A stretch of 64,000 nucleotides of DNA, taken from positions 1 through 64,000 of the forward strand of contig JBEWZL010000077.1 in the NCBI GenBank assembly GCA_045837725.1. Direction: 5' to 3'. Positions 25,750-36,700 of the stretch are shown here, piece by piece (within the stretch, counting starts at the first letter, position 1; every line of letters begins with the position of its first letter). The position numbers and the translations under genes are program-made. The notes below the pieces were generated by a model. That model saw only the letters and a list, made by a program, of their open reading frames with translations. It made no database searches and was not told where the DNA came from. This stretch comes from Vermamoeba vermiformis. Taxonomy: Eukaryota.

Positions 25750-27399
25750 ATGCATTTCCTTCGTGCTGCTTTTGTTGGGCTCGTGATCTGCCATTTGGTG
25801 CTGGCTCTCGAAACAAGCCTTGTCAAGACACCCGTTGGAACTTTTGAAGGCTTCATTGATGGTGGTCTCAGTAGATATCTTGGTATTCGCTATGGTACTC
25901 CTCCTGTTGGTGATCTGCGTTTTATGCCTTCGTCCATCTACATTCCAACAAACACTTCAGCAGTATTTCCAGCTCAAAATTTCGGTCCTTCGTGCTGGCA
26001 ACAGCCTCCAAAACCAACGGGCATGTCTGAAGACTGTTTATTTTTGAACGTCTTTGTTCCGTCAGATGTGGACGCGCAACAACTCTTACCAGTCATGGTT
26101 TGGATCCACGGTGGCGGATTTGTTGTCGGCAGTAGCGCTGACTTTACGACCGATGTATTAGCACGCGCTGGTGGAGTCATAGTCGTCTCAATCAACTACC
26201 GTTTGGGACCCTTGGGCTTGCTCTCCTCGCAAGATCTGTACAACAAACTCGGCATATCTGGTGGAATCAATTCAGTAGCCGATCAAATAGTAGCCATAGA
26301 ATGGGTCTATCAGTACATTGAGTACTTTGGTGGAGATCCAGCTCGCATTACCGTCTTTGGCGAGAGTGCTGGAGGAATCTCCTCGGGCATACTGCTTATG
26401 ACTCCCGAGTTAAACGTGCCCGTACAATATTTTTCAGTCCAATCTGGGCCAGTCTTCGGCTTGACTCCGTTGGATCTCAAACAAGGTTTTGCGTTTTCGA
26501 ACGCCGCTTGTCTTCTTGCTGGCTATGGCAACTGCGACCTTGCTCAAATGCGCAAGGTGGAGCCTCAACAGCTCATCTCTGGATTGTTGCAAGCTGGTCT
26601 GAACGTCATGAAGCGACCTCCTAGTCCTTATGGCGCATGGTTATGGTCCGTTGATGGCCGAGTATTGCCTGAGCTCCCGCGAGATATGTTAGCAAAACTT
26701 GGATCTGAGTACGAAGTTAATGGTGAGGTGGTGATGACTGGCTTCACTTCAATGGACGGTGTCGTTTCTCCGGTTTTGAACAATGGCGTGCCACCTTTGC
26801 CAAAGACGGCGCAGGACTACCAAGCTTACATTCAAGCGTACTTTGGTGCGAATCAAAATCAAGTGATGTTGTTGAACACGACTTTCTACCCGCTCTCGGA
26901 GTACAACGGAGACGCTGCTCAAGCCTGGACTCAAATGAACGCTGATGCTTGTTGGGTATGCCCCACTATCGCATTGAATCGTGCGATTGTTGCACAGCAG
27001 GTCCCGCTTTACACGTACGAATTCTTCGGGGCCAAGGCGCCAGACTATCTTTCAGGACATGGTGGCGACGTCTATTTTCTCTTCAACATGACTTTTGCGG
27101 CGGAATATTTTAATGCTGGCTGGGACGATACCCTTAGCAAGCAAATGCGCGTAGCGTGGTCGAGGTATGCTACTAATGGCATGCCGGATCTTGGTACTGG
27201 CGTGGCCTGGAATTCCTTCAATAACAACGATGATGTAATGATGATTCAGGCCGGAAATATTCGCTTACAAAGTAACTTTGGCGCGCAGCATCATCATAAT
27301 GCGTGCGATAAGTTCTGGCTTGACACGAAACAAGTCACACCGGCGATGTTGCTGCAGATGTGTTGGGAGTATCCTTCGCCTGCTTGGCCGGGTCATTAA
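25750..27399 (+). CDS. Secreted type-B carboxylesterase (alpha/beta hydrolase), intronless
   Basis: 549-aa ORF with signal peptide, SEDCLFLNV, WIHGGGF, NYRLG, FGESAGG nucleophile and GHGGDV His motif. Confidence 0.95.
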   Translation: MHFLRAAFVGLVICHLVLALETSLVKTPVGTFEGFIDGGLSRYLGIRYGTPPVGDLRFMPSSIYIPTNTSAVFPAQNFGPSCWQQPPKPTGMSEDCLFLNVFVPSDVDAQQLLPVMVWIHGGGFVVGSSADFTTDVLARAGGVIVVSINYRLGPLGLLSSQDLYNKLGISGGINSVADQIVAIEWVYQYIEYFGGDPARITVFGESAGGISSGILLMTPELNVPVQYFSVQSGPVFGLTPLDLKQGFAFSNAACLLAGYGNCDLAQMRKVEPQQLISGLLQAGLNVMKRPPSPYGAWLWSVDGRVLPELPRDMLAKLGSEYEVNGEVVMTGFTSMDGVVSPVLNNGVPPLPKTAQDYQAYIQAYFGANQNQVMLLNTTFYPLSEYNGDAAQAWTQMNADACWVCPTIALNRAIVAQQVPLYTYEFFGAKAPDYLSGHGGDVYFLFNMTFAAEYFNAGWDDTLSKQMRVAWSRYATNGMPDLGTGVAWNSFNNNDDVMMIQAGNIRLQSNFGAQHHHNACDKFWLDTKQVTPAMLLQMCWEYPSPAWPGH

Positions 27400-27539
27400 A
27401 ACAAATGTAGATTGATTGTAATTGTAATTTTCCGAATTTCAAATAAAAAAACTTGGGACTTGAAGTCCCAGTCCCGGTCCTGTCCCCGAAACTGAAAAAA
27501 AAAAAACAGGTTCCTGCCATTAACTGCATTCGAAACAAA

Positions 27540-28060
27540 ATGAACACAGTACTTCCTTACATAATAGCAGTAATTGAAGGAGGTGTATACCTTATTCTTG
27601 TATTTACGGTCTTCGGACCTGACCTCTCTGATGCTATCGTCATTGGAATCGTCATCGGGCTATCGTTAAAAATGGTGGCGAACGTATTAGCCGTGACTGG
27701 ATCGTGCAACGAAAAGAGAACTCAACTTTCAGTTTCTTTCATCTGTAAGTGAACGGAATATACTACTTAGTAACTTTTACTAATAGTGTCTTAGTGTGTA
27801 TTATCTACTTATTTGCAGCTACCTATCCAGCAGGCCTAATCGTGTACTTGTCCATCGCCTTTGGAGGATACTTCTTTGTGCTGATTCCGCTTATCCACTA
27901 CGTCTACAATATAGTGCTATTGAGGTCGATCTATTACATGATGGATGAACTCGATAGGCGCCAAACTTCAGGCGTTCAATCGTCGTCCTACGAACTCGTG
28001 AGCTTACCGCAGCCTCCAGAAAAACAAGATCCTGGAGCAGAAGAAATTAGTGCGGTTTGA
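27540..28060 (+). CDS. Small hypothetical multi-pass membrane protein (1 intron ~27745-27786)
   Basis: Two hydrophobic ORFs joined by a GTAAGT…CTAATAG intron. Confidence 0.6.
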
Positions 28061-28263
28061 CATGCCGTGTCACAGTCATACAAAATAGTAAATTAAAAGA
28101 GTCAATGAATTAGGGATGAGGGTGAGCAGACCCGCTTTATTGTAACACGAATCCAAAGAATACGTTAGATCAGGTGAATAGCGTGTTGTCTAGCTTAGGT
28201 CATATTGATATTGTGACTAAATAGATTTGCTGTGCAGAAATGCAAGAGTTCGGTCCTTCTCGC

Positions 28264-30200
28264 TTAGAACGAGTTGGAGTACAAGTGCTGGGCCGCATCT
28301 CCGTAAGATCGAGCAGCGACGGGGCCAGAAGCAGCAGCACCTTCAACGTGGGCAGCTTGATGAGCGAGCTGTTGTTCTTGAGCGAGTTGTTCTTGCGGGA
28401 TGTTGTGCATAGTGAAGCCCTTCAAGATCTCGTCGACATCCGCCAAAGAGACGTTGCGAGTGTCAGCCAAAGCCTTAATCTTGGCAGTAGCGGCCTTGGT
28501 TTGCTCAGCGGAGAGACCCAAGTTGAGCTGTTCGACGCGAGCTTGAATAGCGTTCCATCCAGTGATTCTGCTAGCAAATTGGATCGTTCTTTCAACACCG
28601 AAATCTTCAGGGTTCAAGATCTCGTAGCACTCGGGGTTCTTAAGAATGGCCTTAATATGGACACCCGCTTTGTGCGTGAAGGCAGAGCTGCCCGTAATGT
28701 AGTTATTGAACGGAACTTGGACATTGACGAGGCCTGCAATGTAGTTCTCGACCTTGGAGATCATCTTCAGATCGTAGCGGCGCTTGATTTCTTCGCGGTT
28801 CAAAGAATACATGCGCGCCAAGAATCCTCCGAGCGGAGTAATTCCGTTACGTTCACCAATACCGAGAACGCAAGTGTCAATGTGGGTAACTCCGGATTCG
28901 ATGGCGTTCAAACTATGAAAAAAAAGGATCCCGTTAGTTCCCGCATTTGCAAGACACGTCATAGTATTAAATAGGTATAGTGGATGTTAAGTATATATGT
29001 TGCAAATAGATTTTGTACCTGTTGGCAATGGCGCATCCAGTGTCGTTGTGCGCATGGAATTCAATGTCACAGTTAACGGCACCACGAACTTGCGAAACTA
29101 ATTGAGCGACTTGCTTGGGGGTAGCGATGCCGACAGTATCAGCAATACCAACGCGGTTTACGCCCAATTTGTCGACTGCAGAGTAGATCTTGAGCACATC
29201 GGCCAAGTTGCTGCGGAATGAGTCTTCAGTGCTGAAGCGGACCTCAACGCCGTGTTTCAGGCAGTACTCGGTCACTTCACGTGCCTTTTCAACGATGTGT
29301 TCAATGCCTTTGCCGTGGGAGTTCTGTTGCAACAACTGACTGGTGCCGCAAAATACATTGACGCCATTAACACCAGATTCGACGGCCTTTTTAACGTCGT
29401 CCATATGGCATCTAACGTGCGTCAAAATCTTCGCCTTCAAGCCCAAGTTCGCAATTAATTCAATGTCTTTTTGGCTCTAAGAAAAAAAGTGGATTTAGTA
29501 AGTGGACCAGAATCCGGTCGTGTGAGTCAGAAATCGTTGATATGTGAATCGATTAAATCTCATCAAAATCTTCTATAGTATAGCGTCATTTAATGCCATA
29601 GAGAAGGCTTGTGGCTGATGATCGCATGAATCTATTGCGAGATTTTTTTGTTGGCCAAATCTGGCAAAAAAATATCTTCGTCACTGCCAGCAAAGCAATT
29701 ACTAACCTGTTTTGAGGCGGCTGCGGAAGTCAATTCGATGTATTCAACGCCCATATCATTCAACATGCGTGCAATTTCCATCTTTTGTTGAGTGTTGAAG
29801 TAAGCGGTCGAGAACTGGATGGATTGATTGTTAAAATTCGGGTTTGGATGAGAGCTTTGAAAGCATCGAATGCTATACTATGCATATATACTTACTTGCT
29901 CGCCCTCGCGCAAAGTGGAGTCGATAATTTTGAAGTTCATAGCATCGTACGTCTTCGTTCCTTCATTGTGTGCTCCGTTCAATTTTGAGCTCTTGATGGC
30001 GGGCTCAGTGAGGCCTCCGCTCAGAGAAGTGCTGCGAATACTATAGTTAATTAAATGATAAGAGCAAATGATTCAATTTCAGGTTTCACAACGGCTAGGA
30101 ATTACGAAGCGCCAGATGCGCGACAATTGTTCGGTACTTACCGTCTTCCCAGAGCGCGGGTAAAAATGTTTCTGCCTTGTGTGAAGATAGTAGAGAGCAT
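28264..30200 (-). CDS. LYS20: Homocitrate synthase (fungal type) with predicted mitochondrial transit peptide, 5 exons
   Basis: [84 protein letters not shown]-terminus [23 protein letters not shown] is Arg-rich with no acidic residues. Confidence 0.95.
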
Positions 30201-30657
30201 TTCGTGTTACAATAAGCTGGTCTGCGTGTGTGGGTGGATAGATGTAGAATTGTTGTAATAGTGATAAGAGTAGATTGTGGATATAGTGGTGCAACTATAA
30301 GTAATTGCTAGCTTTAATTATCAACGTCGTGTCCGACGTGGCCCTTTCCGACCGAGAAGAAATAGGCCATTGAAGGCTAAAAAAAGAGCGAGATGTGAAG
30401 GGGTATCAAAAAGAAAAAAAGAGGTAGGAGTGGTTCTACTCTCAATACAACAACGAAAAAGAACGGAGGGCCTGTCACCATAAAAGACTGCGCCAGATTT
30501 TTATTCTGGGTCAAATTTTATCGCAATAAAAGGTCTCAAAGTCTCTCATTGTTACGAAATTTCTTACGCCACTCGTTTTTGGCGCGCGATCAACTTCGTA
30601 TTTAAATACTCCTTGACGGCGATATACTACGCGCATCTGTTTATTCGGCAGCGAAAG
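30201..30657. promoter_or_regulatory. Putative bidirectional promoter between homocitrate synthase and homoaconitase
   Basis: 457 bp separate two divergent ATGs of consecutive pathway enzymes. Confidence 0.7.
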
Positions 30658-33643
30658 ATGTTTGGCGTAGCGTTAAGAGCGGATTTGGCGCGACGGTTGA
30701 CCGTTCGTGTCCACTCGAGAAAGCTTCACGTCGTTAATAAGAAGAGTAAAAATATGGTAAATTATAGATTAATCAAATATAATCATATTATTAGGTCTTG
30801 TGGCAATGAACGACTAATTTATTAATAAAATATCAGGTTGAAAAAATCGTGGCACGATATCTTGTGGACAAAAACGGGAATAAGGCCGAGAGCGTAAGTA
30901 CAATATTATAAAAATAACAAAAATGCTTAATTAATTATTTTAGGACGTTTCTGCTGGTGATTTTGTTGCCATCCAGCCAAAACACGTCATGACACACGAT
31001 AATACCGCAGCCGTTATCAAAGAAATTCACCTCACTAGGATCAAATGTAAGTGGCACACTATTAATACGATATTTTGGAGTGTTAGCTCGAAGCCCCAAC
31101 TAAGATCCGTCATTTCCATAAAAGGCAAAAATCAAAAACCCTCGCCAACCAGTATTTGCCCTAGATCACAATGTGCAAGACAAAGGCGTCGAAAATTTAG
31201 CACAATATAAGAAAATTCAACAATTCGCTAGCGAGGTAAGTGCATTTTAAATTGTTTATTTGTGAGATCCGATCCAGTATTCAATTCAAATTCTTATTTA
31301 GCATGGAATCGATTTCTATCCAGCTGGACGAGGCATTGGTCATCAAATTATGTGCGAAGAAGGTTACGCTTATCCCGGCAGTTTGGTTGTTGGCGCTGAT
31401 AGTCACTCGAACATGTACGGTGGATTGGGCTGTCTTGGTACTCCTGTAAGTCCATATGATGACATCGTTATATGACCATATTTTAATACATTGCTATGCC
31501 AGGTGGTCCGAACGGATGCTGCTGCAATTTGGGCTACTGGTCGCACCTGGTGGCGTGTGCCTCCTGTCGCAAAGGGTGGGTCAACATCGATTTTTTCGCA
31601 TCGAAAATTTTCTTTCTGACCGAATGAATTGCAGTCGAGTTGCGCGGAAGATTATTGCCTGGAGTGACAGGAAAGGATGTTATTATCACATTGTGCGGCT
31701 TATTTAACAAAGACGAAGTTTTGAACCACGCGATCGAGTTCACGGGTGAAGGTGTGGACACATTGAGCGTGGACGAACGATTGACCATTGCCAACATGAC
31801 CACTGAATGGGGTGCGTTGGCTGGTTTGTTCCCTATCACTAGCACTACTCTCAATTGGTTGCGAGCTCGTCGTGTAAGTATCAAATCCGGACGGTCAGGT
31901 CCACTTGACATTTTGACACTTTTAATTAATAAGCATACTGTTTGCTGCGAAAGTATAATAATGACGATTTGTACGTAGGATCTGCTTGCTAAACGTCTGC
32001 CGAAGATTCATCCTCGACACAACGATGTCGTGTTCAATCGATTGTTGGACGATTTGGAGTACTTCAAGGCTGATAGTGACGCATTTTACGCCAAAGAACT
32101 CGTATTAGACTTGGTACGGTAACAGTTACCTTAAGCGTTTGCACGAAACTGATTTGACACGTGTCATTCATAGAGCTCTGTCAGACCACACGTGTCAGGT
32201 CCTAACGACGTCAAAGTTATGCAAAGTGTTGAAGATGTTGAGAAAAAGAACGTTAAAATTCACAAGGCGTACATTGTGTCTTGCGTCAACAGTCGTGTTC
32301 AAGACTTGGCTGCTGCCGCCAAAGTTGTCAAAGGTAGTTAGCAGTCTATACATAGACATTAGGTGTCGGCTTAAAGTCATTGATATGTTATTACTTTGTA
32401 TGAATGTTTAGTAACTTTGTGTAACAGGCAAGAAAATCGCTCCCGGCGTCGAATTTTACATCGCTGCCGCTTCAAGCGAAGGTATTTATTAGCTTTTCCC
32501 TTAACAATAAGTATATTAATATCGCACTATAGTCGAGGCTGAGAGCTCTGAGCGAGGTGACTGGCAAGCGTTGTTGGATGCCGGTGCGAAACCTTTGCCT
32601 GCTGGATGTGGACCTTGCATCGGTTTAGGAACTGGTTTATTGAAGTATGTTGCATATATTCTCGATAATTAATCGTGATGTTAACGATTTATAGGGACGG
32701 AGAAGTTGGTATTTCAGCTACAAACAGAAACTTTAAGGGTCGTATGGGTAGTCGAGATGCCAAGGCTTTCTTAGCCAGTCCTGAAGTCGTAGCAGCATCT
32801 GCTTTGAAGGGTTCTATTGCTGCACCAGATTATCATCGCGCATTCTATTCAACTAAAGTCGGAGGTAATTTCAGCTCAGATGCGCATCCGTTACAAAAGT
32901 CTTACTGTTGTTGCAGAGGCTAGCCATAGCATCCAAGTTAATGCACCTCCTAAGAGCGCAGAGACTAAGAAGCAAGATATCGTTCAAGGATTCCCTAAAC
33001 AGATCTCTGGCGAGATTTTGTTCTGCCACCAAGACAACCTGAATACTGACGGAATTTACGCTGGAAAATGGACTTATGTGAATGATATGACGCCTGAAAA
33101 ACAAGCACAGGTTGTTATGGAGAACTACGACCCTAACTTTGTGAATATGGCCAAGAAAGGAGACATTTTAGTCGGCGGTTACAATTTTGGTACTGGAAGC
33201 TCTCGTGAACAAGCTGCGACCTCACTTAAATACAAAGGTACAAATTATTATTGTTTTTGTGAAATACAATGTTAATTTCTTTTGAAAGGCATTGCTCTGG
33301 TGTTTGCCGGATCTTTCAGCGAAACTTACGCACGTAACGCGTTCAACAACGGGTACATTTGTATTGAGGTGCCTGAACTCGTTGAAGATTTGAAGAAAAA
33401 GTACGTAGAATCTTGGTTATAAAATCTTGTGACTTGAATTAGATTCTAACTTTCGTTTTTCTTAGGTACGGATCTCAAGCCCCTACTGTTAAGACAGGAT
33501 TAACCGCAAATGTTGATTTTGAGCGTGCAGTACTTACAGTTGACGGCAAGAGCTACGCAATGCCTGCATTAGGTGAGGCTATTCAAGAGTTAGTCGTTGT
33601 GGGTGGTCTAGAACCTTGGATCACGCAACAAATCAACCAATAA
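30658..33643 (+). CDS. LYS4: Homoaconitase (homoaconitate hydratase), mitochondrial, multi-exon; one +1 indel at ~31019-31021
   Basis: [100 protein letters not shown]. Confidence 0.93.
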
Positions 33644-33743
33644 AAAGAAAAGACGTTAAACACGAACATTTACAAAACAATAGGCCTACATTAACTAATT
33701 ACAAGCGACTAAATTTACATTGGAACATCCACCGACTTGGATC

Positions 33744-36700
33744 CTAGTTCCTTTGACTTTGATGGTGAGCCAAGGCATTGGAAATCTGAGTCAGGAAATT
33801 TTGATCCTATGCGCATATCATTAGATTATATTTAAACTTAAACAGCAGCGCAGGACTTACTCGAGTGCTGTTGGCCGGGATCGAGGCCGCAGTGTACACA
33901 AAGAAGAATCGTGTAATAACGCAGTCCTCATCGGGGTGCACGACAATATCACCGTCTTGTTTGCACGTGGGAATGTACTCGCACAAAGCAATGCAGTACA
34001 CGTTGGAATTGGTCAAGAACTTGTTGTTCGACTTGCCTTGGGGCGGATTGTTCGGGGCCATGTGCCGTAGCGAATAGCCGGACGATACAGAAGACTGTTT
34101 GATAAGGGAGTTGGTGAGTATCAAAGGGAAAGTGGCAAAAAGGCAAAAAAAATATGGCCATTCCAGGGATCGAACCTGGGACCCTCGCGTTATTAGCACG
34201 ATGCTCTAACCAACTGAGCTAAACGGCCGTTGTTGATCCGTCGCTTAGCAAAAACAGGGCCTGGTTCGGTTGGAAGACTAATACAACAAAGTATTGTTGA
34301 AAGGCCGAAGAAAGTTTTCGATTGCGGGTTTACAAGCTCTCGTGAAACCGACTGCAACCTGCACTCTAGCAGAAGCTTTGCCTCAGGCAAAGGATTAAAA
34401 AGCAAAAATTATCTCAGAGAGGGAAAAAGAGGGAAGTCTAGTCTATTGATTGAGAAATAATGTGTGGAGGAGCAAAAAAGAAAAGAGCACAACACCTCCG
34501 ATTCCCAGGTAGTCTCCTACCCCAGTACTAAGAAGGCCTGAACAAGCTTAACTTCGCTGATCGGACGGGAAGCGGTGCATTCTTGTTAGTGTGGTCGTGC
34601 CCGAGACGTTTTTCAACATCGTGTTCGGGTCACTACTTCCCAACTTCCACCCTGCACTTCGCACTCGGCCACGTGATCAAATTTGGCTCAAAAACAATTT
34701 TGGATACGATTCTCACCCAATAACATTCAATTTGCGTAATAATTTTCAGAGCAACAAAAAGCAACCTCGGACACAGTAAAAATTATCAGTTGGAACACCT
34801 TGCGACAGGCCAAGAGCAAAAAAAGATTGGTTCAACCCGGAATCGAACCGGGGACCTACTGCGTGTAAAGCAGATGTGATAACCGACTACACCATTGAAC
34901 CAGTGCGGTGCCGAGGAAAGCGAGCCAATTGCACGACCTCACAAAAAGGAAATAAAGCGTGTACGCGACTTACGTTAGCAGCCATATAGATGCCAGAGCC
35001 ATAGGCAGCACCGTTCAGTTGAAGTTTAGTGCCAGAAGCGTTTTTCAAGCTACAACGGGAGTTACTATGGTGACGACAACAAACTAGTAGTACTCAGTGG
35101 ACTTACCCAACACGCAGAATTGAGTGCCAGTTCTCGATTGGAGAGCCGTGGAAAGCAAATTTAGAACCGTGTTTCTGTAACAAGTCGTTAGTTGCGACCA
35201 ACTAAACAAATCTCAACGCTGTCAGGTACCTTTTTCAAATCCTGGAACTTGGCTTCTTTCTCAGGAGGAGCGCTCGCCTGGCGGGTATCGTTAGCTTCAC
35301 TATTGATCAATTTGAAAGTCATCTTACCAATAAATATTGGTGCGGAGTGTTCATTGATTTAATGTGGAATTTCTCTGGGAGCTTAATGATGTGAGATCTG
35401 TTACTAGAGATGATCCATTGTAACAAGGGGAATCCTAATCGATGTGCGCGATCGATTTGTTCCTTCAACGAGCCAAAGTCTTTAGCTTTAGTCATTTCTT
35501 CGACGGACGGCATCTTGTTCAAAATTTCTTGCACGAGTGCCAAGTCCTTGCGTTCCTCAGATAAAATTGGACGATCAGGGCGATCGGGGTCGAAAACTGT
35601 GACAAATATTAGTATCGGAGGGCGTTGCGAATCGGTTCATGTAACGTACTTGTCGGGAATGGACTGAAGATGACGTTGTTTCTGTTCGATTTGACGGCGT
35701 TGATGGTCATTGAGACTAACAAATCAACCACTTCGGAGTCAGTGGCAATGTCCTCAGCAGCCTCACTACCGACTTTAAGTTGTTGGAAGCTCCAGCAGCA
35801 CAAATCTCTCGTGCAAACAGCGGGCTTAAGCATGTTGGATCCGAACAAATGATTTTCATCGCAAATAACGCAATACTCATTCAACTTTGGAATACGAGAT
35901 CTACGAATGAAGGTTAGGTTTCGCAGCTGATATGAGATCGCGTTTGAGGTCATACCGAAGATAAACCATTAACATGACAAAGAAGCCCATGTCTCTGTTT
36001 ACAACACCTTTTTCGACTTTGCCGAGCTATTGTCACGTTAGTGTTAGTGTCATGAAAGTCACGTGCTTGGTACTTACGTTTTTGGGGTCATTCCAGAACT
36101 TGTGAGTTTTGCGTGCGTCTTCATCATCTTCATCCACAGAGTCGACCTCGCGCGAAGCACTTTTTGAAACAGAACCACCGTCGTAGAACGGATCTGCACT
36201 CAGAATATCAAGTGCGGCGTCAAAGTTATTTTTGGTGGCGCGCACTGCATTGAACGCAGCTTCTTCGGCAAAGCCCATTTGTACCAACGAAATAACAATG
36301 TCCATCGAGACCTCTTCTTTCTTATTCTTCTTGTCTTTGCGAGTATTATTTGATGTCACGGGCTTTGCGTTGCTGTTATTATTTGCCGGCTTAAGATTCG
36401 CACTCGTTCTCTGAAAACCATTGGCCAATTCTTTCTTAACAAAGCTATTCATAATATCTAATTATAATTGGGTTAGTATTCGCATTTAAGTATGAAATGG
36501 TAACGGCGTACTATCAAGTTGGTATTTGATTCCAAACTTGTGGCGAGTAAAGTCATCCAATTGCCATACTTCAATTTGTGGAATAAAATTAGGTTCCAAA
36601 TAATGCTTATCGTTAATATGAAGCCTAAAGAAATGACGTTAGATCTGCATCCGTTTTAACTAACTCTTCGAAATCCATACTTAACGACGATAGGTAACCA

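Noticed and set aside
28240-28974. 244-aa plus-strand ORF and similar long antisense ORFs (e.g. 49809-50483, 17768-18109, 20908-21291)
   Set aside because: They are antisense shadows of codon-biased real exons with no recognisable motifs.
29477-29706. Canonical bacterial lysine or TPP riboswitch in the homocitrate synthase intron
   Set aside because: Consensus elements (AGAGGUGC…GAAAGG…GCCGAA for lysine; CUGAGA…CCUGA for TPP) are not present in order.
33807-34460. ORFs overlapping tRNA-Ile and its spacer
   Set aside because: The 5' parts read through intron or tRNA sequence; only 33860-34094 is a PARP exon.
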